Shown here in pieces: positions 42,182-48,981 of a DNA stretch of 57,983 nt. Under the pieces are notes generated by a model. The model saw only the letters and a list, made by a program, of their open reading frames with translations. It made no database searches and was not told the DNA's origin. Numbering within the stretch: the stretch's first letter is position 1; each line of letters starts with the position of its first letter. The position numbers were made by a program, and so were the translations under genes. Source of the stretch: a virus. The stretch lies in IMG/VR virus record IMGVR_UViG_3300045988_075135. One strand, 5' to 3'.

Positions 42182-42376
42182 ATGGGCGGTAGAGCAAGCG
42201 CGGCATCCAAGAACAAGTGGAACGAAAAGGCATATGACCGGATTAACTTAACCGTCCCCAAGGGGCACAAGGACGTCATTAAGAAGCACGCGGATGAGCG
42301 CGGAGAATCAGTCAATGGATTCATTGCGCGGGCCATAGCAGAGACTATGGAGCGGGATCAACGAGCTGGAGGATAA
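42182..42376 (+). CDS. Ribbon-helix-helix repressor, paralog 4
   Basis: MGGRASAASKNKWNEKAYDRINLTVPKGHKDVIKKHADERGESVNGFIARAIAETMERDQRAGG. GAAGGAGGGG SD. The stop TAA lies in the loop of ggagga-taa-tcctcc, followed by a T-run. Confidence 0.8.
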   Translation: MGGRASAASKNKWNEKAYDRINLTVPKGHKDVIKKHADERGESVNGFIARAIAETMERDQRAGG

Positions 42377-42460
42377 TCCTCCGGCTTTTTTTGTGCCCGG
42401 CAGGAAAAAGGAGGAAGTGTGTCGAATAGCTCAGAATCACATTTTAGGGAGGGATTACAA

Positions 42461-42916
42461 ATGAGAAAACTTGTCTCGGTGCTACTGGTATGCTTGCTGG
42501 CTATTTGCGTCGCTGTGCCCGTCTGTGCGGACGGGGAAGCTACTGCCATCGACCTTGAGGCGATGAGCCTTGAAGAGCTGCTGGAGCTGCATGAAGCTGT
42601 GGAAGCGGCCATCAGTGCGAAGAATGGCAGTGTGCCATCTCCGATATACAAGGGCATATACGTTGCCGGTGACAGCATAACGGTCGGCAAGTATACGATT
42701 ACCTGCCCAGACGACGGACAGAGTTTTCAAATTGCCACATTCGCGGATCAGGAAACCTACGAAAAGGCATTCGCGGAACAAGACGAATCGCTTGCATCAT
42801 TTCAGTCCTACGTCAATGTTGGCGAGACAGTTTTCGTGCAAGTTGATGAAGGCGCGGTGTTATTAGTGTCAGGCGAAGGAGTAATACAGCCCGTTGTCCT
42901 TGACTTTGCTCCGTAA
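42461..42916 (+). CDS. Secreted protein or lipoprotein, unknown function
   Basis: Signal peptide MRKLVSVLLVCLLAICVAVPVCADGE. Confidence 0.65.
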   Translation: MRKLVSVLLVCLLAICVAVPVCADGEATAIDLEAMSLEELLELHEAVEAAISAKNGSVPSPIYKGIYVAGDSITVGKYTITCPDDGQSFQIATFADQETYEKAFAEQDESLASFQSYVNVGETVFVQVDEGAVLLVSGEGVIQPVVLDFAP

Positions 42917-42920
42917 AAAA

Positions 42921-42943
42921 GAGCCCCCGGCATTAGGGGGCTC
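42921..42943. terminator. Bidirectional hairpin terminator
   Basis: gagccccc-ggcatta-gggggctc, flanked by A-run/T-rich sequence. Confidence 0.6.
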
Positions 42944-42949
42944 CGTTCT

Positions 42950-43081
42950 TCACTTTTTAGTCTGCTGGCGACGGAAGGCCTTGCGGCGTTCCTCATTGCG
43001 CTGCTCGATTTGCTTCATGAGCTCCAGCTTCTCGCGGACCGTCATCCGCTTGAGCTGCTGACGCTTGCCGTTCTTCTTCAT
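42950..43081 (-). CDS. Small basic ORF (43 aa)
   Basis: MKKNGKRQQLKRMTVREKLELMKQIEQRNEERRKAFRRQQTKK. ATGA coupling to the upstream gene. Confidence 0.45.
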   Translation of the reverse strand: MKKNGKRQQLKRMTVREKLELMKQIEQRNEERRKAFRRQQTKK

Positions 43082-43335
43082 GCTGGCTCACCACCTTTTT
43101 TGCCGACGATCTGAATGCCATAGCGCTTACGCTTGGCGCTGCCCTCGCCTCTGATGGCAGTACCACCGAGGTGCTTGTCGATGGCATTCTGCGCGCAGTA
43201 GTGGTTTTTGTACAGGTTATCGTCGCCGGGGATTGATATTTCCCAGCCATACGGCGTGCCGGTTAGGTAGTGGCCGCGGTACTTCATTTTTCTGTATGTT
43301 TCGGGCACCGCGCTGTCTTTCCAAACTATCCGCAT
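43078..43335 (-). CDS. Hypothetical protein, tandem paralog B (85 aa)
   Basis: MRIVWKDS...YRGHYLTG...GW...PGDDNLY...AQNAIDKHLGG. Paralogous to the upstream gene. Confidence 0.6.
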   Translation of the reverse strand: MRIVWKDSAVPETYRKMKYRGHYLTGTPYGWEISIPGDDNLYKNHYCAQNAIDKHLGGTAIRGEGSAKRKRYGIQIVGKKGGEPA

Positions 43336-43604
43336 ATGTGCACGTCCTTTCCGGGCACTGTGCCGATTGTTTTTACGCCGAGCGCGTGCCGTTTAGGATT
43401 GGCTTTCCTTGTTTTCCCGCCCAGCGCGATGTCTATCGCGTTAAACGCGCACTCGCGTGGGAAGTAGACGTTAGTGTCTCCCGGCAGGTCTGTTACCCAG
43501 CCTAGCACTGAGCCGTTGACATAGCCGGTGACTTTTCGCCCGCGGTAAATGAATTCTTGCCCGACCTTAGTTTTGGGATCGCTGTCCTTCCATATAATCC
43601 TCAA
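43326..43604 (-). CDS. Hypothetical protein, tandem paralog A (92 aa)
   Basis: TTG start 8 nt after AAGGAGGA. MRIIWKDS...YRGRKVTG...GW...PGDTNVY...[11 protein letters not shown]. Confidence 0.6.
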   Translation of the reverse strand: MRIIWKDSDPKTKVGQEFIYRGRKVTGYVNGSVLGWVTDLPGDTNVYFPRECAFNAIDIALGGKTRKANPKRHALGVKTIGTVPGKDVHICG

Positions 43605-43635
43605 GTGTATCTTCCTCCTTGAGGGCTTTCCGCGG

Positions 43636-43686
43636 CGTATATATCATGGTGGCGCTATAAAAGACGCCCATCCATCATATATATCG
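43636..43686. other. Candidate attP core (imperfect dyad) at the boundary of xth homology
   Basis: cgtatatatcatgg (43636-49) and ccatcatatatatcg (43672-86) form imperfect inverted repeats around the nested ggcg/cgcc pair and the centre ctataaaag. Confidence 0.3.
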
Positions 43687-43695
43687 ACCTCAAAA

Positions 43696-44040
43696 AAGCC
43701 CATCATAGTTTGTGGCGACCTTAATGTTGCAGCAACCGCGCTGGATTTGCGGAACCCGGATGCCAATCGAGGCAACGCCGGATTTACCGACGAGGAACGT
43801 AGCAAGTTCGCCACCCTGCTGGAGGCAGGGTATACCGACACGTTCCGCGACCTGCACCCCGATGAAGCGAAGTATAGCTGGTGGAGCTATCGAGCGGGTG
43901 CAAGGGCTCGGAATATCGGCTGGCGTCTGGACTACTTCCTCGTGTCCGATTTCGCGCGAGAGTGCATCAGATCAGCCGAAATTCACACTGACATACTCGG
44001 CTCCGACCATGCGCCCATCTCACTTGAGATAGACGTCTAA
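43696..44040 (+). pseudogene. xth: 3' fragment (114 codons) of exodeoxyribonuclease III (xth/exoA), with no 5' half
   Basis: [85 protein letters not shown]...[13 protein letters not shown] is collinear with the C-terminal half of ExoA/XthA. The upstream 49 codons of the ORF are not Xth-like. Confidence 0.8.
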
Positions 44041-45597
44041 TATAAACTCGGCGTTGTTCTCGCGGCTGAAATCGATGTGGTCAATGATGCGCTTGAGATA
44101 CTCGTTTTTGACGTCCGCGTCGAGTGCGTCGTCAAGCAGGGAATCCAGCGCTTCCGAGAGCAGCATAATTTTCTCTTGGTATTCCTCTTTTTCAGGAATA
44201 CTTACTTCCAACGATTCCATCTGTGCCTTAATGGCGTCGAGCCGGGCCGTGTGCTTTGCTTTACGAGCCACAAACTCGTTTGCCGTGTAGATGCCTTCCT
44301 CGTAATCATCAAACGCCTTGGCCAGCTTCTTCTCGACCTTACGCTGCTCGGCTTCCAGTGCGTTGAGCTGGGAGAGAATTGAGTTCTCGTCCACATCGGG
44401 CAGGTTGTCAATCTTGAGCTCGAAGTCCTCAATATAGAGCTTGAGCGCATGAATGAGTGCTTTCATTACGTCCTCTACTGTGGCTGACTTGACCTTGCAG
44501 ACAGTAGACTGACGGTGGTTAAAGCGAGGCGGCGTCGATCTGCCTTTGTAACTCTGGTGCATCATCATCTTACCGCAAGCTTGGCACCTAAGCAGCCCGG
44601 CTAACGGGTTTTTCAACTTGAAGTTGGCCTTTGTCCGGTCGCTATAATAGCGTCTGGAGGCGGCTCTGTAAGTTTCCACGCTGACAAGCGCCTCATGCTT
44701 TCCTTCGTATAACATATAATGGTCCGTATGACACGAGCGCGGGCGGCTGGAGATCAGTTCGCCATTGACCATTGATTTGACCGTCATCCTGTCATTCCAG
44801 CGTACCTTCCCGCTATATGTTGGGTTGGTCAATATGGTCTTGACGGTCGCTGTTGACCATTCGGGGTCGCCTGTGTAGGTGGGCACTGCCATCGTGGTTA
44901 GCGTTCGCGCAATCTTCCCGGCGGACCAGCCTTTTTCAGCACTCCACTCATATATTTGCTTAACGATGGGCGCTTCCTCAGCGTTAGGCACAAGCGTGCG
45001 GCTGGTCCGCGTCTTGAGAATGTCATAGCCGTATGGGCGGTATGAGCCCATGTAGTTACCTTCGACGACGGCTTGCGTCCGGCCACGATCCATGCGGCGC
45101 TTAATCATCTTGTACTCACGGCGCGACATGAAAAGCTCGAACTCCATGTACTCCTCGTCGTCCGGATTGTGCGCCACGTCGTAAACCTTCGTCGGTGTGA
45201 TGACCAGCAGACCGTTGTTGCGGTTCGAGAATTTCAGACAGTCCATGATCTTCTGCGCGTCGCCTTGGCTACCGCGCGATAGGCGGGTTACTTCGACGAT
45301 GATTATTCCGCGATATTTGCCCGCGTAGCAATCGACCATTAGCTTTTGTATCTCCGGGCGCGCCTCGATGGTTTCGCCGGACACAATCTCATGGTATATC
45401 TTCTCTACATATAATCCTTTCCGTGCCGCAAGCTCGGTCAGGATTTTTTTGTGCCGGGCAAGCGTTTCGCCCTCGCCCAGCTTCTCGGCCTCCGCGTCAG
45501 CACGGCTTTTACGCAGATAGATGGCGTATTTGTCCATCTGTGGGTGCAGCGCCGATTCACCAGCGCTGTTTTGTTCTAATGCTGTCACTTGATTCAC
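44020..45597 (-). CDS. int: Large serine recombinase (integrase)
   Basis: GTG start. Resolvase domain YLRKSRAD...RLSRG, recombinase domain, zinc ribbon (C..C...C) and C-terminal coiled coil. 525 aa. Confidence 0.9.
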   Translation of the reverse strand: MNQVTALEQNSAGESALHPQMDKYAIYLRKSRADAEAEKLGEGETLARHKKILTELAARKGLYVEKIYHEIVSGETIEARPEIQKLMVDCYAGKYRGIIIVEVTRLSRGSQGDAQKIMDCLKFSNRNNGLLVITPTKVYDVAHNPDDEEYMEFELFMSRREYKMIKRRMDRGRTQAVVEGNYMGSYRPYGYDILKTRTSRTLVPNAEEAPIVKQIYEWSAEKGWSAGKIARTLTTMAVPTYTGDPEWSTATVKTILTNPTYSGKVRWNDRMTVKSMVNGELISSRPRSCHTDHYMLYEGKHEALVSVETYRAASRRYYSDRTKANFKLKNPLAGLLRCQACGKMMMHQSYKGRSTPPRFNHRQSTVCKVKSATVEDVMKALIHALKLYIEDFELKIDNLPDVDENSILSQLNALEAEQRKVEKKLAKAFDDYEEGIYTANEFVARKAKHTARLDAIKAQMESLEVSIPEKEEYQEKIMLLSEALDSLLDDALDADVKNEYLKRIIDHIDFSRENNAEFILDVYLK

Positions 45598-45765
45598 GTC
45601 CTTATGATGTTATTGTATCGGTGTTGCCGCTGTACTTTGCGGGCATCGCCTCCTTTCGTGTAGCATAATTGTGCGGCTGCTCGCATATAAAATAGTGTGG
45701 CATCGTGGCAACGATTACCATTGATTTCAAACTCGTTCCACTCTACAATATTTTCTGACAAGACA

Positions 45766-45787
45766 CCGTTAAAGACACCTTTAACGG
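45766..45787. promoter_or_regulatory. 22-bp palindrome CCGTTAAAGACACCTTTAACGG downstream of a TACAAT box
   Basis: Perfect 9-bp arms. TACAAT at 45744-45749. Lies upstream of the solitary leader-family ORF. Confidence 0.4.
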
Positions 45788-45823
45788 CGTTCGGCCACAT
45801 TTAGGAGGAGGCGACCAAGCAAG

Positions 45824-45946
45824 ATGGAAGCAGACCGCATCAAAACTGAGATTATGCAATACATAGCGAACATGGACGAGTACCACCTCCGACTGATGTT
45901 ATCGTTTATACAAACGCTTAACTCTACAAAAGCAGCGACTGAATAA
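45824..45946 (+). CDS. Leader-family small ORF, solitary member 4 (40 aa)
   Basis: MEADRIKTEIMQYIANMDEYHLRLMLSFIQTLNSTKAATE. About 14 of 27 residues are identical to the cassette leaders over IKTEIMQYIANMDEYHLRLMLSFIQTL. GGAGGAGG upstream. Confidence 0.45.
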   Translation: MEADRIKTEIMQYIANMDEYHLRLMLSFIQTLNSTKAATE

Positions 45947-45957
45947 TCGATACCACC

Positions 45958-45986
45958 AGACTGAACGCCTGCGCGTTCAGTCTTTT
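45958..45986. terminator. Bidirectional terminator overlapping the repressor stop codon
   Basis: agactgaacgc-ct-gcgttcagtct followed by ttttt. Confidence 0.6.
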
Positions 45987-46330
45987 TGCTTTTCGGCAAG
46001 TGACGTTGCCAAAGCGCACAACGTGCGCTGATCCGTCTCGCTCATCTTCAGGTAGGCCCTTACCAAATTGAGGAGGTTAACGTCCTTGATAACGCTCGCC
46101 GCAATTGTACCCATTTCCTCCGGCTCCTCATCCCATCCCATCAAATATCCGGGCGTCACGCCGAGTGCTTGCGCGATTGCTGCTATCTTTTTTTGCGGCA
46201 AATCGCGGAGCCCTAGTTCTATCTTATTTATAGCCGACTTGGTTTTGTAACCTGAACGCTCTGCTAGTTCTTGCTGGGTCATCCCGGCCTTCGTTCGTGC
46301 CTCTGCAATCTTTTGTCCTATATTTGACAT
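45977..46330 (-). CDS. CI-like repressor (XRE-family HTH)
   Basis: IGQKIAEARTKAGMTQQELAERSGYKTKSAINKIELGLRDLPQKKIAAIAQALGVTPGYLMGW. Divergent from the cro-like gene. Confidence 0.85.
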   Translation of the reverse strand: MSNIGQKIAEARTKAGMTQQELAERSGYKTKSAINKIELGLRDLPQKKIAAIAQALGVTPGYLMGWDEEPEEMGTIAASVIKDVNLLNLVRAYLKMSETDQRTLCALATSLAEKQKD

Positions 46331-46349
46331 TTTCTCACCTCCTGCACAT

Positions 46350-46378
46350 ATGATACTACTCGGTAGCCATTATGTCAA
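46350..46378 (-). promoter_or_regulatory. Putative repressor-maintenance promoter
   Basis: On the minus strand, TTGACA (46378-46373), a 17-nt spacer, then TATCAT (46355-46350). Confidence 0.45.
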
Positions 46379-46407
46379 TCTTTTTGGCACAAAGTGCGGA
46401 AAAAGTA

Positions 46408-46436
46408 TTGACAATAGTAAGCTTTGGGGCTATAAT
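46408..46436 (+). promoter_or_regulatory. Putative early rightward promoter
   Basis: TTGACA (46408-13), a 17-nt spacer, then TATAAT (46431-36). Confidence 0.6.
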
Positions 46437-46488
46437 TGCAAGTGCGGTTGGTAGCCTCTAAGCCTACCGATAGAAAGGAGAATATACC

Positions 46489-46707
46489 ATGACTAACACT
46501 ACCCTGCTGAAAGAACGTATTCAGGAATCTGGCCTTCGCCACGGCTTCATTGCCAAGAAACTCGGTATTGGAACCGCTGCTCTTACGAGAAAGATTAATA
46601 ACCGCGTTGAGTTTAAGGCGTCAGAGATAAAGGCGCTGTGCGTACTCCTTGGCATAACCGACCCGGCGGAGCGAGAAGCGGTTTTTTTTGCCGAAAAAGT
46701 AGCCTAA
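46489..46707 (+). CDS. Cro-like / early HTH regulator
   Basis: 72 aa. LKERIQESGLRHGFIAKKLGIGTAALTRKINNRVEFKASEIKALCVLLG. Confidence 0.7.
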   Translation: MTNTTLLKERIQESGLRHGFIAKKLGIGTAALTRKINNRVEFKASEIKALCVLLGITDPAEREAVFFAEKVA

Positions 46708-46793
46708 AAGCCTACTTCATGGCAGTGATAAAGCTGCTAAAGGGTTACTGTAAGTGGACTGAAATCGTTAGTGACGCGGAAGGAGAGAAGTAA

Positions 46794-46943
46794 ATGACTA
46801 CTCTTGAGAAGCTAGAACTGCTGGACGCCATCGAGCGGCGCAACGCTGAAGCGGAATCGCGCTACATGATGCAGCGTAAGGAACGTATTAAGGCCGCAGC
46901 TCAGGCTCGGATACCGGCAGACGAGGGCCGGAACGATGACTGA
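46794..46943 (+). CDS. Small early ORF (49 aa)
   Basis: GGAAGGAGAG SD. Coupled to the next ORF by an 8-nt overlap. Confidence 0.45.
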   Translation: MTTLEKLELLDAIERRNAEAESRYMMQRKERIKAAAQARIPADEGRNDD

Positions 46944-47091
46944 GTACAAGGTCGGCTGCGCCACGGTGCGCATACACGGCCAAGCAGACCAGGCCGCTAT
47001 TAAGGCGGCGACCGAGAGATACATAAAGCGCTGCGACGAACAGCGCAAGCGAAAAGCAAGGGAGGCGAAACGCGATGCAAATAACGGATAA
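46936..47091 (+). CDS. Small early ORF (51 aa)
   Basis: MTEYKVGCATVRIHGQADQAAIKAATERYIKRCDEQRKRKAREAKRDANNG. Part of a chain of overlapping small genes. Confidence 0.4.
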   Translation: MTEYKVGCATVRIHGQADQAAIKAATERYIKRCDEQRKRKAREAKRDANNG

Positions 47092-47275
47092 TCCGCTGGC
47101 GGATTTCGCGAGCTGGGCCGCCGAACAGACAGCACAGCTCGAACGCCTTCCGGTGTGCGCCGATTGCGGCGAGCCGGTGCAGAATGACCACTACTACCTT
47201 ATCAATGATGAGGTTATCTGCCCCGACTGTCTGGAAAGCGGCTACCGCAAGGAAATTGATGAATACATAGAATGA
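47075..47275 (+). CDS. Small zinc-ribbon-like protein (66 aa)
   Basis: CADCGEPV...CPDC (a pair of CxxC motifs). Confidence 0.55.
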   Translation: MQITDNPLADFASWAAEQTAQLERLPVCADCGEPVQNDHYYLINDEVICPDCLESGYRKEIDEYIE

Positions 47276-47289
47276 GGTGAACCGAACTA

Positions 47290-47457
47290 ATGAAGCAAAT
47301 CGACTTTAGAGCCTTGATGCACGTCAAGGCCTGCCGCAACCGGCTGACGCTCCAGCAGTACAAGACGCTGCGCGGGCAGGTGCTCGCAGGCGACGGCGAC
47401 GGAGCCATGAAGGGACTAAGGAAGTTACTTAAAGGCACAAATGATACCAATATTTGA
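47290..47457 (+). CDS. Small early ORF (55 aa)
   Basis: MKQIDFRALMHVKACRNRLTLQQYKTLRGQVLAGDGDGAMKGLRKLLKGTNDTNI. Below the track cutoff. Confidence 0.4.
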   Translation: MKQIDFRALMHVKACRNRLTLQQYKTLRGQVLAGDGDGAMKGLRKLLKGTNDTNI

Positions 47458-47475
47458 TTGATGGAGGTATCACCC

Positions 47476-48306
47476 ATGAAGGAGTTCAAGAGTTTTTACA
47501 AGGAGAACACCGACAGGAAGGCCAACGTGTGGTGCCGGTGGACGACGCGAATTGACACATACGGCTGCGGCTGCGAGCATGATTGCTCTTACTGCTATGC
47601 AAAGGCGCTGCTTAACTTCCGAGGGCTTTGGAATCCGGCGGCTCCCAGCGTGGCAAACGCCGACAAGATTGCACGGAAGATTGCGAAGCTGGAACCCGGC
47701 AGTCTGGTGCGGCTGGGCGGCATGACGGATTGCTTCCAGCCGATTGAGCGGCAGTACGGCGTCACTCACAAGGTAATTCAGATGCTCAACGAGCGCGGCA
47801 TTCATTATCTGATTGTTACCAAGTCCGATATGGTGGCCGAATACATGGACATCATGGACAAACGCCTCGCGCACATCCAGATCACCATTACGACGACCGA
47901 CGACGCGCTGGCGGCCACTTATGAGCACGCCTGCCCGCCGAGCAAGCGTATTGCAGCGATTGAACGGCTGAACGACAACGGGTTCGACGTTTCAGTCAGA
48001 TTGTCGCCGTTTGTGCCGGAGGCCGTGGACATTGAAGCAATCAACGCCATACGCTGCGACAAGATACTGATTGAGTTTCTCAAGGTAAACTCTTGGATTA
48101 AAAAGTGGTTCCACATCGACTATTCGCCCTACACGCTGAAATACGGTGGTTACGAGCATCTACCGCTTGAGCGAAAGATTGAGCTTGTAAACCGGATAAC
48201 CGGCTTCCGCGAGGTGAGCGTCGGCGAGTACGTCAAGGAGCACTACGAGTATTTCCGGGCGCATGTAAACCATAACCCGGACGATTGCTGCAACATAAGA
48301 TTGTGA
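47476..48306 (+). CDS. Radical SAM protein (SplB / DNA-repair-photolyase-like, COG1533-like)
   Basis: ATG follows GGAGG. CxxxCxxC cluster GCGCEHDCSYCYAK. LVRLGGMTDCFQP, HYLIVTKS. Confidence 0.75.
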   Translation: MKEFKSFYKENTDRKANVWCRWTTRIDTYGCGCEHDCSYCYAKALLNFRGLWNPAAPSVANADKIARKIAKLEPGSLVRLGGMTDCFQPIERQYGVTHKVIQMLNERGIHYLIVTKSDMVAEYMDIMDKRLAHIQITITTTDDALAATYEHACPPSKRIAAIERLNDNGFDVSVRLSPFVPEAVDIEAINAIRCDKILIEFLKVNSWIKKWFHIDYSPYTLKYGGYEHLPLERKIELVNRITGFREVSVGEYVKEHYEYFRAHVNHNPDDCCNIRL

Positions 48307-48318
48307 GGAGGTGAGCAT

Positions 48319-48972
48319 ATGGCCGTTGACATGATGGTGCTGAACACCCGCGAGGAATGGCTTAAAAACCGCGGGCGCGGTATCGGCGGCAGCGAGATTT
48401 CCGCTGTCATCGGCTGCAACCCATACATGGACAACGTAACGCTCTGGCAGCGCAAAACCGGGCGCAGCAAGGCCGAGGATATATCCGATAAGCCCTATGT
48501 ACAGTACGGCACTCAGGCCGAGCGCCACCTGCGCGGGCTGTTCCGGCTGGATTTTCCACAATTCAATGTGGAGTATGTGGACAACAACAGTTGGCACAAC
48601 GACCGCTATCCGTGGGCACTGGCCTCGCTGGACGGCTGGCTGACGGATGCGCAAGGCCGGCGCGGCGTGCTGGAGATAAAGACCTCGGACGTGCTTTCCT
48701 CCATGCACAAGGAGCGCTGGAGGGATGGCATACCGCAGAACTACTACTGCCAAGTGCTTTTCTATATGGCGGTTATCGAGGCTGATTTCGCCATACTCAA
48801 GGCACAGCTCCGAACAGAGTACGACGGACTGCCATCGTTCAGCACGCGGCACTACCGCGTTGAGAGGGTGGACGTGCAGGAGGATATGGATTACCTGATG
48901 GAGCAAGGAGCTGATTTCTGGCGGTACATTGAGACCGACACGGAGCCGCCGCTGGTACTGCCCGACATTTGA
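48319..48972 (+). CDS. YqaJ-type viral recombinase exonuclease
   Basis: GIGGSEISAVIGCNPY...LWQRKTG, ASLDGW, and GVLEIKT (PD-(D/E)xK). Confidence 0.85.
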   Translation: MAVDMMVLNTREEWLKNRGRGIGGSEISAVIGCNPYMDNVTLWQRKTGRSKAEDISDKPYVQYGTQAERHLRGLFRLDFPQFNVEYVDNNSWHNDRYPWALASLDGWLTDAQGRRGVLEIKTSDVLSSMHKERWRDGIPQNYYCQVLFYMAVIEADFAILKAQLRTEYDGLPSFSTRHYRVERVDVQEDMDYLMEQGADFWRYIETDTEPPLVLPDI

Positions 48973-48981
48973 TGGGGGTGG

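Noticed and set aside
43549-43695. Treating 43549..44040 as an intact 163-aa gene.
   Set aside because: The first ~49 codons overlap the start of the minus-strand gene at 43326-43604 and the candidate attP. They show no Xth-like sequence. Only the part from KPIIVCGD onward is homologous, so this is a gene fragment.
45594-45999. Minus-strand ORFs 45594..45800 and 45781..45999 between the integrase and the repressor.
   Set aside because: They have no SD and no recognisable sequence. They overlap the better-supported plus-strand leader-family ORF and the palindrome/promoter-like elements.
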